Assembly: GCA_039621445.1 (NCBI GenBank)
Contig: CP154954.1
Location: forward strand, 15,952,140-16,016,139
Origin: Euglena gracilis
Lineage: Eukaryota
DNA: 64,000 nt
Direction: 5' to 3'
Part shown: one piece after another, positions 10,836-24,400 of the stretch
Layout of the letters: every line of letters begins with the position of its first letter
Numbering within the stretch: the stretch's first letter is position 1
The notes under the pieces: model-generated
The model's input: only the letters and a program-made list of their open reading frames with translations
Databases searched by the model: none
Told to the model about the DNA's origin: nothing
Translations under genes and position numbers: made by a program

Positions 10836-13406
10836 CTGTCTGTCTGTCTGTCTGTCTGTCTGTATGTCTTCTGTCGGTCTGTCTGCCTGTCTGTATGTTG
10901 TCTGTATGTGCTGTGCTGTCCTGTCTTGTCTTCTGCCTGTCTGCTGACGTCTGTCTGTCGGCAACTGTATTCTGTCTGTATGTATGTCCCGTATGCGTGT
11001 CTGCGTGTCTTCTGTAAATGTCTGTATGCATGCGTATGTATGTATGTATGTCTGTATGTCTGGTATGTATTTATGTCGTTGTATGTATTTATGTATGTAT
11101 GTTTATGTATGTATGTCTGTCTGTATTTCTGTCTGTTGTATTGTATGTATGTCTGTCTGTATGTCTGTATGTATGTAGATTGTATGTCTGCCTGCAGATG
11201 TCTTATTATGTCTGTATGTTCTGTTATGTATGTCTGTATGTATGTATGTATGTTCTGTATGTCTGTCCTGTCTGTATGTGTGTCTTTCTGTCTGTATGTA
11301 TGTCTGTCCTGTCTGTCCTGTATGTATGTCTGTTATGTCTGTCTGTCTGTCTGTCTTTATGTTCATGCCCCCCCCCCCTTGTCTGTCTGTATGTAATGTC
11401 TGTATTTCTGTATGTCTGTAGTCTGCTGTCTGTCCATGTCTGTCGTCGTTCTGTCTGTCTGTATGTATGTCTGTCTGTATGTATGTATGTATGTATGTCT
11501 GTCTGTATGTGTGTATGTCTGTCATGTCTGTCTGTATGTCTGTATGTAGTATGTATGTATGTCTGTCTGTCTGTCTGTCCGTATGTCTGTTATGTCGGTC
11601 TGTCTGTCTGTATGTTGTCTGTCTGTCTGTATGTATGTATGTATGTCTGTATGTCTGTATGTATGTCTGTATGTATGTATGTCTCTGTATGTCTGTATGT
11701 CTTAGTATGTCTGTATGTATGTATTATGTCTGTATGTATGTCTGTATGTCTGTATACTGTATGTATGTATTTTGTTTGTATTATGTATGGCTGTATGTAT
11801 GTAGTATGTATGTATGTCTGTATGTATGTATGTCAGTATGTCTGTCTGTATGTATGTCTGTATGTCTGTCTGTTGTATGTCTGTATGTATGTATGTCTGT
11901 CTGTATTATGTTATGTGTTTTATGTTATATGTCTGTCTGTGTACGTGACGTACGTATGTATGTATGTATGTATGTATGTTGTCTGTCTGTCTGTATGCTA
12001 TCTCTGTCTGTGTGTGTTCTTGTCTGTATGTCTGTCTGTCTTGTATGTGTGTATGTGGGTATGTATGTATGTATGTATGTATGTATGTATGTTATGTATG
12101 TCTGTATGTATGTATGTATGTATGCATGTCATGTCTGCGTCTGTGTATGCATGTATGTATGTATGTCTGTATTTATGTTATGTATGTATGTATGTATGTA
12201 TGCATGTATGTCTGTCTGTATGTATGTATGTATGTATGTATGTCTGTCTGTATGTCTGTATGTATGTATGCATGTATGTGTCTGTCGTCTGTATGTATGC
12301 TGTATGTCTGTATGTATGTCTGTCTTGTCTGTATCTGTCTGTATGTCTGCATGTATGTCTGTCTGTATGTCATGTATGTATGTCTGTCTGGATCTGTCTG
12401 TATGTCTGTCTGTAGTCTTTCTGTATGTCTGTGTGTCTGTCTTATGTCTGTATGTATGTATGTATGTATGTCTGTCTGTTTGTATGTATGTTGTACGTAT
12501 GTATGTATGTATGTCTATGTCTGTATGTCTGTATGTAGTATGTCTGTATGTATGTCTGTCTGTCTGTCTGTCTGTATGTATGTGTCTGTCTGCACGTCTG
12601 TGTCGCTGTGTCCTGTCTGTGTCAGTCTGTATGTATGTCTGCATCTGCATGCATGCAGTCTGTCTTATGTCTGTCTGCATGTCTGTATGTCTGTCTTTAT
12701 GTCTGTATGTCGTATGTATGTGTCTGTCTGTATGTATGTATCTGTATGTATTTATGTATGTATCTCTGTATTTCTGTATGTATGTATCTCTGTATGTATG
12801 TATGTTGTCTGCATGTCTGTGTGTCTGTTTATGTGCATGCTGTCTGTATGTATGTATGTATGTATTATGTATGTATGTATGTATGTATGTATGTGTAGGT
12901 ATGATGTAGTATGTATGTCTGTGTGTAATGTCTATGTATGTTATGTCTGTATGTATGTTATGTATGTATGTCTGTCTGTATGTATGTATGTATGTCTGTC
13001 TTTCTGTCTGTATGTATGTATGTCGTATGTATGTGTGTATGTCTGTATGTATGTCTGTATGTATGTATGTATGTATGTATGTGCATGTATGTATCTGTAT
13101 GTATGTAGGTATGTCTGTTATGTATGTATGTATGTATGCTGTATGTATGTCTGTATGTATGTATGTATGTATGTCTGTATGTATGTATGTATGTATGTCT
13201 GTGGTGTATGTATGTCTTTATGTCTGTAGGTATGTATGTATGTCTGTATGTATGTATGTCTGTATGTCTTTCTGTCTGTCTGTCTGTCTGTGTCTGTATG
13301 TATGTATGTCTGTATGTCTGTTCTGTCTGTCTGTCTGTCTGTCTGTATGTATGTTCTGTCTGTCTGTATGTATGTATGTCCGTCTGTGTGTGTGTGTGTG
13401 TGTGTA

Positions 13407-13437
<31 letters not shown>

Positions 13438-15243
13438 ATGTATGTCTGTATGTATGTATGTATGTATGTGTGTATGTATGTATGTATGTCTGTATGTCTG
13501 TCTGTATCTGTCTGTCTGTAATGTCTGTATGTATGTATGTATGTCTGTATGTATGTATGTCTGTATGTATGTATGTATGTATGTCTATGTTGTAATGTAT
13601 GTATGTCTGTATTATTTTCTGTTTTCTTGTATCTGTTTGTCTGTTGTTGTCTGTTGTCTGTATGTATGTATTCTCTGTCTCTGTATGTCTATGTCTGTAT
13701 GTACTGTCTGTATGTCATATGTATACATGTCTGTTATTTTGTCTGTATGTCTGTATGTCTGTACGTATGTCTGTATGTCATGTATGTATGTCTGTTATTC
13801 TCATGTCTATGTATGTCTGTCTTTACATCTTATTTCATACATGTATGTTCTATGTATGTATGTATGTATGTTTTTATACATTTGTTTATACATGTCTTAT
13901 ACATATGCATATGTTTACATTGTCATACATCATACATGTATGTCTGTATACTTCTGTCTGTCATATATGTCTCTGTACATACTCTCTACATTTATGTCTG
14001 TCATGCATGTCTATGTGCATGTACGTGTCTGTCTGTCTGTCTGTCTGTCTCTGTATGTATTTTCTTACATTATGTCTGTCATGTATGCATGTGTCTGTCT
14101 TTATGTTACATGTATCTGTATGTCTTTACATCTGTCTTCTTCTGTACATCTGTGTCGTACGTACGGACGTACGTCTGTATGTATGTGTGTTATGTTTTAT
14201 TTCTTACATACTACATACATTATGTACGTATGTATGTCTTGTCTTATGCATGTGTATCATACATACATACATGTGTGTGTGTATGTATGTATGTATGTAT
14301 GTATGTATGTATGTATGTATGTATGTATGTATGTATGTATGTATGTATGTGTGTGTATGTATGTATGTATGTATGTATGTATGTATGTATGTCTGTCTGT
14401 CTGTATGTATGTATGTCTGTATGTCTGTATGTCGGTGTGTCTGTATGTATGTCTGTCTTTCTGTGTGGCTGTATGTATGTATGTATGTATGTATGTATGT
14501 ATGTATGTATGTATGTATGGCTGTATGTATGTATGTATGTATGTCTGTATGTCTGTGTGTATGTATGTATGTATGTATGTATGTATGTATGTATGTATGT
14601 ATGTATGTATGTATGTATGTATGTATGTATGTATGTATGTATGTATGTATGTATGTATGTATGTATGTATGTATGTATGTATGTATGTCTGTATGTCTGT
14701 ATGTCTGTCTTTCTGTCTGTATATCTGTCTGTCTGTATGTATGTATGTATGTATGTATGTATGTATGTATGTATGTCTGTGTGTCTGTATGTGTCTGTCT
14801 GTATGTTATGTATGTCTGTCTGTATGTATGTCTGTCTGTATGTATGTATGTCTGTATGTATGTGTCTGTATGTATGTATGTCTGTTATGTATGTATGTAT
14901 GTATGTCTATGTATGTATGTATGTATGTATGTATGTATATGTATGTATGTATGTATGTCTGTCTGCATGTGCATGCATGTCTGTATGCATGTATGTCTTA
15001 TGTATGTATGTATGTATGCATCATGTATGTATTTGTGTATGTCTGTATGTAGGTATGTATGTATGTATGTATGTATGTATGTATGTCTGTCTGTAGGTAT
15101 GTATGTATGTAGATCTCTATGTTTGTATGTATGTATGTACGTATCTATGTGTGTATGTATGTTTGTATGTATGTATGTCTGTATGTATGTATGTATGTCT
15201 GTATGTATGTATGTATGTATGTATGTATGTATGTCTGTATGTA

Positions 15244-15280
<37 letters not shown>

Positions 15281-16188
15281 GACTGTCTGTCTGTCTGTCT
15301 GTCTGTATCTGTATGTATGTCTGTCTGTCTGTCTGTCTGTCTATGTCTGTCTGTATGTCTGTCTGTATGTCTGTCTGTCTGTTCTGTCTGTATCTGTCTG
15401 TATGTTGTCTTTGATGTATGTATGTATGTATCTGTATGTATGTATCTGTCTGTCTGTATGTATGTATCTGTCTGTATGTCTGTATGTATGTCTGTTATGT
15501 ATGTCTGTCTGTGTGTGTATGTGTATGTCTGTTCTGTATGTATGTCTGTCTGTAGTCTGTATGTGTCTGTCTGTCTGTATGTCTTGTATGTCTGTATGTA
15601 TCTGCGTCTGTCTGTCTCCTGTCTGTCTGTATGTGTCTGTGTTGTCTGTGTCTGTCTGTGTCTGTGTATGTATGTCTGTCTGTATGTTTGTGTCTGTATG
15701 TATGTATGTCTGTCTGTATGTCTGTCTGTCTGTATCTGTATGTCTGTCTTTCTGTCTGTCTGTCTGTATGTCTGTATGTCTGTATGTGCTGGCGTGTGTT
15801 CTGTCTGTCTGTATGTCTGTATGTCTGTGTATGTATGTCTGTCTGTATGTCTGTCTGTATGTCTGTCTGTCTGTCTGTATGTATGTTCTGTCTGTATGTC
15901 TGTATGTAGTGTGTGTGTATGTCTGTCTGTATCTTTCTGTATGTATGTATGTATGTCTGTCTGTGTCTGTCTGTCTGTCTGTATGTATCTGTATGCGGCG
16001 TCTTATGTGTATGTGCCTGTGCTGTTGTATGTCTGTATGTCTGTATGTATCTGTCTGTATGTATGTCTGTCTGTATGTCTGTATGTATGTATGTCTGTCT
16101 GTATGTCTGTCTGTTCTGTCTGTGTATGTCTGTCTGTCTGTATGTCTGTCTGTCTGTATCTGTATGTCTGTCTGTATGTCTGTCTGTC

Positions 16189-16222
<34 letters not shown>

Positions 16223-17136
16223 ATGTCTGTCTGTCTGTCTGTCTCTGTCTGTCTGTGTCTGTCTCTGTCTCTGTTTCTGCTGTGTGTCTGTGTAGTGTAT
16301 TTATGTCTGTATGTTTATACATGTTATGTATGTCTGTCTGTGTATGTCTGTTGTCTGTCATGTATGTCTGTATTCTGTTGTTTATGTTGTTTTGTTATAT
16401 GTGTATGTACTGTCTGTCTGTTATGTCTGTTATGTTGTATGTATGTATGTATGTCTGTATGTCTGTATTATGTTGTATGTATGTATTCTGTTGTCATGTA
16501 TGTCTTATGTGTGTGTGTATGTATGTGTGTATGTATGTATGTATGTATGTATGTATGTATGTATGTATGTATGTATGTATGTATGTATGTATGTATGTAT
16601 GTATGTCTGTATGTCTGTATGTATGTCTGTCTGTCTGTATGTCTGTATTTATGTATGTCGCTATGTATGTCTGTATGTATGTATGTATGTATGTATGTAT
16701 GTATGTATTTTCTTTGTCTGTCTGTATGCATGCATGCATGCTTGCATGCCTGCATGTGCATGTATGTGTATGTATGTATGTATGTATGTCTGTATGTATG
16801 TATGTATGTATGTCTGTGTATGGTGTATTTATGTATGTATGTATGTATGTATGTATGTATGTATTTATGTATGTATGTATGTATGTATGTATGTATGTCT
16901 ATGTATGTCTGTATGTGTATGTATGTATGTTGTATGTATGTTTTTATGTCTGTATGTATGTATGTATGTATGTATGTATGTCTGTATGTGTGTGTGTATG
17001 TGTGTATGTATGTATGTTTTTATGTATGTATGTGTGTGTGTATGTATGTCTGTATGTTTTATGTATGTATGTATGTATGCTGTCTGTCTGATGCATGCAT
17101 GTGCTATGTATGTCTTTATGTATGTCTGTATGTATG

Positions 17137-17168
<32 letters not shown>

Positions 17169-17345
17169 TGTAGTGTATGTATGTCTGTATGTATGTATGT
17201 ATGTATGTATGTATGTATGTCTGTCTGTTGTATGTATGTCTGTGTATGTATGTATGTCTGCTGTATGTCTGTATGTATGTATGTATGTATGTATGTATGT
17301 ATGTCTGTTGTCTGTATGTATGTTGTATGTATGTCTGTCTGTATG

Positions 17346-17377
<32 letters not shown>

Positions 17378-17401
17378 TGTATGTATGTATGTATGTATGT
17401 A

Positions 17402-17448
<47 letters not shown>

Positions 17449-17511
17449 ATGTCTGTCTGTCTGTCTGTCTGTCTGTATGTATGTATGTATGTATGTATCT
17501 GTCGGCTGTGC

Positions 17512-17547
<36 letters not shown>

Positions 17548-17627
17548 CGGTCTGTCTGTCTGTCTGTCTGTCTGTCTCTGTCTGTCTGTCTGTCTGTCTG
17601 TCTGTGTTCCTGCATGTATGTCTGTCC

Positions 17628-17661
<34 letters not shown>

Positions 17662-18425
17662 ATGCATGTCTGTCTGTCTGTCTGTATGTCTGTCTGTATG
17701 TATGTATGTATGTATGTCTGTCTGTATGTGTCTGTCGTATGTCTATGTATCTGTATGTATGTATGTATGTATGTATGTCTGTATGTATGTATGTATGTAT
17801 GTCTGTCATGTATGTCTGTATGTATGTCTGTATGTATGTATGTGTGTATGTATGTATGTATGTCTGTATGTATGTGTCTGTATGTCTGTATGTCTGTATG
17901 TATGTATGTCTGTATGTCTGTATGTTCTGTCTGTATGTATGTCTGTATGTATGTATGTATGTATGTCTGTATGTATGTATGTATGTATGTATGTCTGTAT
18001 GTATGTTGTATGTATGTGTGGTATGTATGTCTGTATGTATGTATGTATGTATCTATGTATGTATGTATGTATGTATGTATGTATGTATGTATGTAGGTAT
18101 GTATGTATGTATGTCTGTATGTAAGTATGTATGTATGTATGCATGTATGTGCATGTGCATGTATGTATGTATGTATGTATGTATGTATGTATGTATGTAT
18201 GTCTGTATGTATGTATGTATGTATGTATGTATATGCGTGCGTGTGTGTATGTGTGCATGTATGTATGTATGTATGTATGTAATGTATGTATGTATGTATG
18301 TATGTATGTATGTATGTATGTATGTATGTATGTATGTATGTATGTATGTATGTATGTATGTATGTATGTATGTATGTATGTATGTATGTATGTATGTATG
18401 TATGTATGTATGTATGTATGTATGT
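10836..18425 (+). repeat. Degenerate (TATG)n/(TCTG)n microsatellite array, ~7.6 kb
   Basis: Direct reading of the sequence. Confidence 0.98.
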
Positions 18426-21400
18426 CCACCCCGACGTCGTACCGCCCCGTCGCGGGTGGTGAACACCTTTCCTGCCTTATGTCAGGAAAGGTGGCCAAGA
18501 GTACGACATCCCCCCATGTTTTCTTCGCTTTGTTGACATTATTTCTCCCTCTTCAACGACTGATCCCGCCGGAATGTAATGCAACTGCTGCTCCTTTTTG
18601 TCGCACACAGACGGACACATTCTGCAATATTATTTCCCCATTGCCGCGCTTCTTAAGTCCCACCAATGACGGGTGTTCCTCGGGATGGGTTTCATTTTAA
18701 TGCTCTACATGAATGAGCCCGGCGTTTTTGCAAATATGAATGTCTACCGCCTCCGGTCCAATGTTTCTGAGTTAGTATGGCATCCAGCTTGCATCCTGGC
18801 GCACCTGGAGGGGGCCTCCCATCCTTCCGAAACCTGGCGAAAGGTCATATCTTTGTGGGGGAAAAAAAACGTGACAGATGACAATTGCATTTGAGGTTAA
18901 CATAGCCCATGCATACGTCACAGCCCACAGGTTTTTAGCCGTTTCAGTGCTGCATCTCCATCCCTGCTTTTCCTCTCAGATGGTCTGGGTTTTTGCCACT
19001 CCAATTTTTCCCAATCCAATCCAATGTTAATTTTTTGAGCTGCAGCAGCCAGTGCCTTTGTTTTTTGTTAAAGTGGCCATTGGAGGGTGCAATGAACCCA
19101 ATGCCAGGCTTTCATACCTCAGGGGGGAAACAAAAGCCTTACATTTACGTCCCCAAATACCTCGAGAACTCTTTCAGTCAGCCAATTAGTTTGCAAACAA
19201 GTTGAACAGGCATGTCAGTGCCGCTGGGGCATCCTCCTTCGCCTTTGCTTTTTCCTAGTGTTTATTTCCGTGCACTCCTGCTCCAGCCCGCTCGCTTTGT
19301 CCCCCTGTGTCAAGCCCACCATTTTGTTTCCCTGCCTGTTTCCTTTGCAGTGCCCGTTTCCGCATCAGCTCTCTTCCAACCCTGCTCCCTCTCCAAACCC
19401 TGCTGTGACCATGTCCCTCTCCCCTGCCGAACCTGTTTCAGCATCAGCTGTCTCCCCTCCCCTCCAGTTCCAATCCATCCGTACCTGTTTCAGCATCCGC
19501 TGCCTCCTCCCCCTCCAGTTCCACGCCATCCGTCCCTGGCACCGGGCAGGCCTATACCCATCCGCCGCTCCCAGTCCAATGCCTCCCTCCTGACTGGTAC
19601 CCTTCCCATGCCATCCGAACTGGTCAAGTCAGAGGCAGCCTGGGATGCAATGCCTTCTGGTGATTTGGTGTTCATATTTTCAGCCAGCACATCTGAGTTC
19701 AACACAATTTTGCAGTGCCAAATTCGGGCATCCATAAAAAAGCCTTATTTCCGCTCCGGATCCACCGTCGACCTGCCCTGGCTAGGCTTGAATGAGTCGC
19801 AGCCATTTACCGCCGAACCCAGGGCGGGCATCCCCCTTCGCAACATGATTACTGCGTGTGCATGTGGCGAAGGTTCCTCTAAATCCAAGCGCCAAAGGTC
19901 CCACTTTCTTGGGCAGTTATGCAAAGGTCACCTTCCCATGCCCCTCATGTCCACAGGCGATGAGAAGCCTATGCAAATTTTTGGAGCTGGATTTTGGTGC
20001 ACCGCTCCCTGCGCTCCTCCCCCCAGAAGTGGATGCGTCAGTCCCCACTCACCCCACCGTGCACCGCGGGAGGAGTGTTCTCCTTTGTCCATTGAGTAAA
20101 TCCATGTGTCCTTTAATCCATGTGTCCCTCCCTTAATCCATGTGTCCCTCCGGCCTGCCATGCCCATGTCAGACACCTTCCCTCTCTCCGCAACAAACCA
20201 GCAACCTCATCAATCCTCCTCCAGCTGTGCAAGTGTCCACATCAGGTCCTCCCTCTCTTTTCAATCAACCTGCCGAGTCCATGTGCTCTCCCCCAGCCGT
20301 ACCTGTGTCAGCACCAGCTGCCCACCCTCCTCATAAACCCTCCTCCAGCCGTGCAAGTGTCCACACCAGGTCCTCCCTCTCCTTTCAATCAATCAGCCGA
20401 GCCCATGTCCTGCCGTACCTGTGTCAGCACCAGCTGCCCACCCTCCCGCTTCAACCAACCAGCCGAGTCCATGCCTCCCCCCCCCGGCCGGGCCCGTGTC
20501 AGCATCATCTGCCCTCCCTCTCCCTCACCCAGACCAGACCAGACCAGTCCATGTCTCTTCCCCAGGCCGGGCCCGAGTCAGCAGCAGCTGTCTCCCTCCC
20601 TATCTACACAACCGTCCGGTTGTGTCCATGTCCCCTTCCCTGGTCCGGCCCAGCCAGCGCTCTCCTCACCCAACCCGTGTCCACATCCTCCATGCCAGTG
20701 TTAGTATCAGTTCTCCTATCCCCTCCCCCCAAGCAGTCTGGGTGAGCAACAGATTCAGCAGGGATGACAGCAATGGCCATCCGCCATCAGTTTATCGGCC
20801 AAGCTATTTTGAGGCTGGCCGTCGGTTGTCATAGAGATCAAAAGAAATCCCTGGAGGTGCAAATATCACACATAATCGCTTTTTCCGTCAGGTCACCAAC
20901 TTCCCTAGCCCTGATTGTCCAAGACCCCCATGATCTTTCAATTGCAAAACTGGGCTTTGCACTAATCTGAGCGAAAAAGCCGATCTTTCTTTTCAATTTG
21001 GTATCAAACCCGTCCGCCGATTTTTCATCTTTTCTCACCGCCATCCCTAACTGTCATCTCCAGTGTTTTTCAGGGCCCATCCACAGCCCCCACCCAATCT
21101 TTCCCGAGAGTGTCCGATGTCCAATACCCGAGAGTGTGCTTTTTTTTGGAACCAAATGTGTACACCCTCCCTTGCCTGTATTCAAGCTTCTGGTCTCATC
21201 CAGCTGCTCCTAAACAATTTCCCGCTAATTTCCTGCCGACAACCCGTTGGGAAGTATTTCTGTTTATTCATTTATTTATTTAGCAACTCATATTTCAGCT
21301 TCAGATGCTGTAAATGACAATCCACACCATATGTCCATGGGTGCAATACACCACATTTTGTTATCCCCACAACGTGCTGCGATTCAGGTGACTGTTGTTC

Positions 21401-24400
21401 ACTCATTTTGGTAAAAAAAACACACACACACACACAGTTGTGGATTCTTGTCCGCATCTCCTGTGTTTTTCTGTTTTGATTTAGCCGCCGTTCAGTTCTC
21501 CCCATGCCTATACAGACTGACGGAACCCTTATAAAAGAGGTAGTAAATTCAAAGCAGTTGCGCTATCACTGAATCTCCTCATTGTTTGTTGTTCTGTGAT
21601 AGTTGGCAACTCTGTGCTCTAACAAAACACAGGGTCTCAACCTAAGGTTTTGTCTGTCCCAACTTCAGAACGTTGACCAGTTCATGTGACCATGAGGCCG
21701 AAGTTCTGCGTTTTGTTCCAATCCAAGGGAAAATAGTTTTAATGGGAAATCTGCACATATGTCTATTTTTGCTGCAATAACCGGTCTACTGAGACCAAAA
21801 AAAAAAATTCACCCAACAAGTCTTTTTGCTTGGGTTTGGAACCCCTCCCCACTTCACGGCTTTGCCATTTTGATGATGTGGGATGAGCCGAAGCGCCGGA
21901 GCGTCCGATTACCCACTTTTTGCATAGTAGTGGCTAACAATTTGCTGGGCCTCCCTGTGATGTTCCAGGTGACAGTTACCCCCAGTAGTTTATGATGAGC
22001 TGTTGTCCAGATGATTGAGGACAGGGCTGAGGCTGTGCAGATTGAAAATTGAACACACGCAGACCCACACATTGATCTTTGGATTTCACTCATTCTGTTC
22101 CAACCCCCACAAATAATGAGTTGTGTAATTGTCATCCGATCCAATACAGGCAAGCCAATGCAAAGTGCTGCAAACTCCTAAAAGCTTTGTTTGTCTGGAA
22201 ATTGAACAAAAGAGGAAGCCATTTTCTGCTTTCTGTTGTTCTTCTTCTGCTTCATTCTTCCATTTTTCATGGTCCTCTGTTCGTTCCAATGCTTCTGGAT
22301 GGCTCATGTGGTTGGCAGTTGATTCGGATCATCAATTTCTGAACCATGACGTTTCAAGTATTTTTTCCCCCTTTCGATACCCAGCATCTTAGCAACCACC
22401 AGTGACTAATGGTGCGCAACCCTACATCCTTGTCTGGGCCAATGGACCTTTTGATAAGTGTCATTCTGGAAGACAGACATTGCTTGAGGGAATTATTATT
22501 AGCAGGTTTTTTGTTAACCACTGCACAGCAGCACTTCTGTATACCCCTCCACTGTATCGCCCATCGGCCTGGCCTTCCGGCATGCCTTTTGGTCATCAAT
22601 GGAAATTGCTCAGTTTCAGCCTCCGTCTCAGGTTTGAATGGCATCACACCAGGAGCTCACAACAAAGTCACCCTTTTTCAGGCTATTCTTTTCAGGCTCA
22701 GTCAGGCCGTTGCTTTCCTAATAACATTTCGCCCAATGCCAGCATAGACATAACCGATGGAGGGTCTGGTGATGGAGAGTGCAACCACGCCAGCTAGTGG
22801 TAAATTCAAGATCACCAGGATTGTTACAGAGCTATGTCATTCAGGGAGAGCTCCCGTGAAGTCTTTTATCGTGTTGGTTACGTTGTGTCAGTGCTTATGA
22901 GGAACGGAGCATGGCAAATGCATTGCGAACCCAGAACTTTCATAGGAAAACCTCTGGGTACTCTTTTTTGATGGAAGAAATTTCCATGTGGACATGAGCA
23001 AAACCTTCTTTCCATACACCAGAAACGTGATGGAATCTGATTGCGTCTCATTGTAGGCACTCATTGCTATTCCTGCCTGGGCATTCATTTTTCCCATCGC
23101 AATCTGCACACAATCTGGCGTATGAATATGGGAAAGGTTTTGTAAGGCTCTCATTTGTTAATTTTCACTCCTCGCATGTGTCTCCACATCCTAAGGAGAA
23201 GCAAAGGTGAGGGTCCATGGATAGGTGCGAGGTGGGGCACTGATGGCCAGTAGGCGTTTTGGTTGCGGAGGTTTATTCCCGCATGCCGCAATGCTCCTGC
23301 AGCTTCAAGGTGCACTCTGCAGTCCTGCGCTCCATGGTCCAGTGTGTGTCTGTTTGGCCACACATTCTTTTTAGCCGTCCTCTACCCCTGTCCGGCGGTC
23401 TGGCTGCTAACCTTGCCATCCATGTTCTCTCAACGGTGTCATGCACAAAAAGGATCCCATCTCTTTTGTCTCAATTAACAATATCCCAACTATTTGTGCT
23501 TTGAATTTCTGGCCCAATCTGGGTAGGTGAGTCGAAGATTGTTATGGTGAAGAATGGTTATGCGAATTTCGGAGGCGACGTCCCGTCGTCAATAGTCCAG
23601 ACCGCCATTTCTTCTCTACCACTGGTGCCATGTCCCTCTTGGAGTTTGTCACTGTTCTCTTACCCTTCCCTTTTGGACTGGGGTAGGCTGTCCTATCGGC
23701 CAAAGCGGGCTTTTGCCACAGAAGGCGGGATTGAAGGGGCAGTGGCACAGGATGCCGACCGCTTCTGCATGTGAATTCCGGCCTCTTCATGGAATCAGCA
23801 TGTTTCAGTAAACATTGGAACCTTTCCCTTGAGTCAGGGTTTGATCGCTCACGAAGTCGGCCAATGGGCACTGTAGCATATTCTCTCAGGTTTATTTCCT
23901 GTTCATTCGGTTTTTTTCTTTGATGCTCTCACAGCATTATGCCATAGTGCACACATATCCACAAGGATTTTGGTGGAGAAAACCCACCACCCCCAAACCG
24001 CCTAGCACACTCTTCCACTCGAACACACCACCCTCCAAACAGGGTCATGTCCGCTCAGAACCTTCATGGCAGCATAATCACATTTGCAGCACCTGCCCTC
24101 CTCCCTATCTCCGCCAATCATCCAACCAGCTGTACCTGTTTCTCACCCAGTGTTGACCCCATCCATCAGGTATCGGACCGTCGTCTCATGGATTTACCTT
24201 TCCCCATCACGCCTCATCCAACGTTAGGTCTGGGGGTCATCCATCCTCCAGGATTCTCCAGCCCACCAGAATTTTGGTGCCACTAGAGCTGATTCACCGC
24301 AGCTGGTGGTTCGGGTTTACCATCAGGTGCAACTGAGAGCCACCACGCTTTCTGGTCCCCTGAGCCATTCCCGTCACAAAGGGGTGCCTAGGACCGTGCA

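Noticed and set aside
19380-20710. CRISPR-like repeat/spacer pattern
   Set aside because: The repeats are degenerate, the spacers are related to each other and irregular, there are no cas genes, and the context is eukaryotic.
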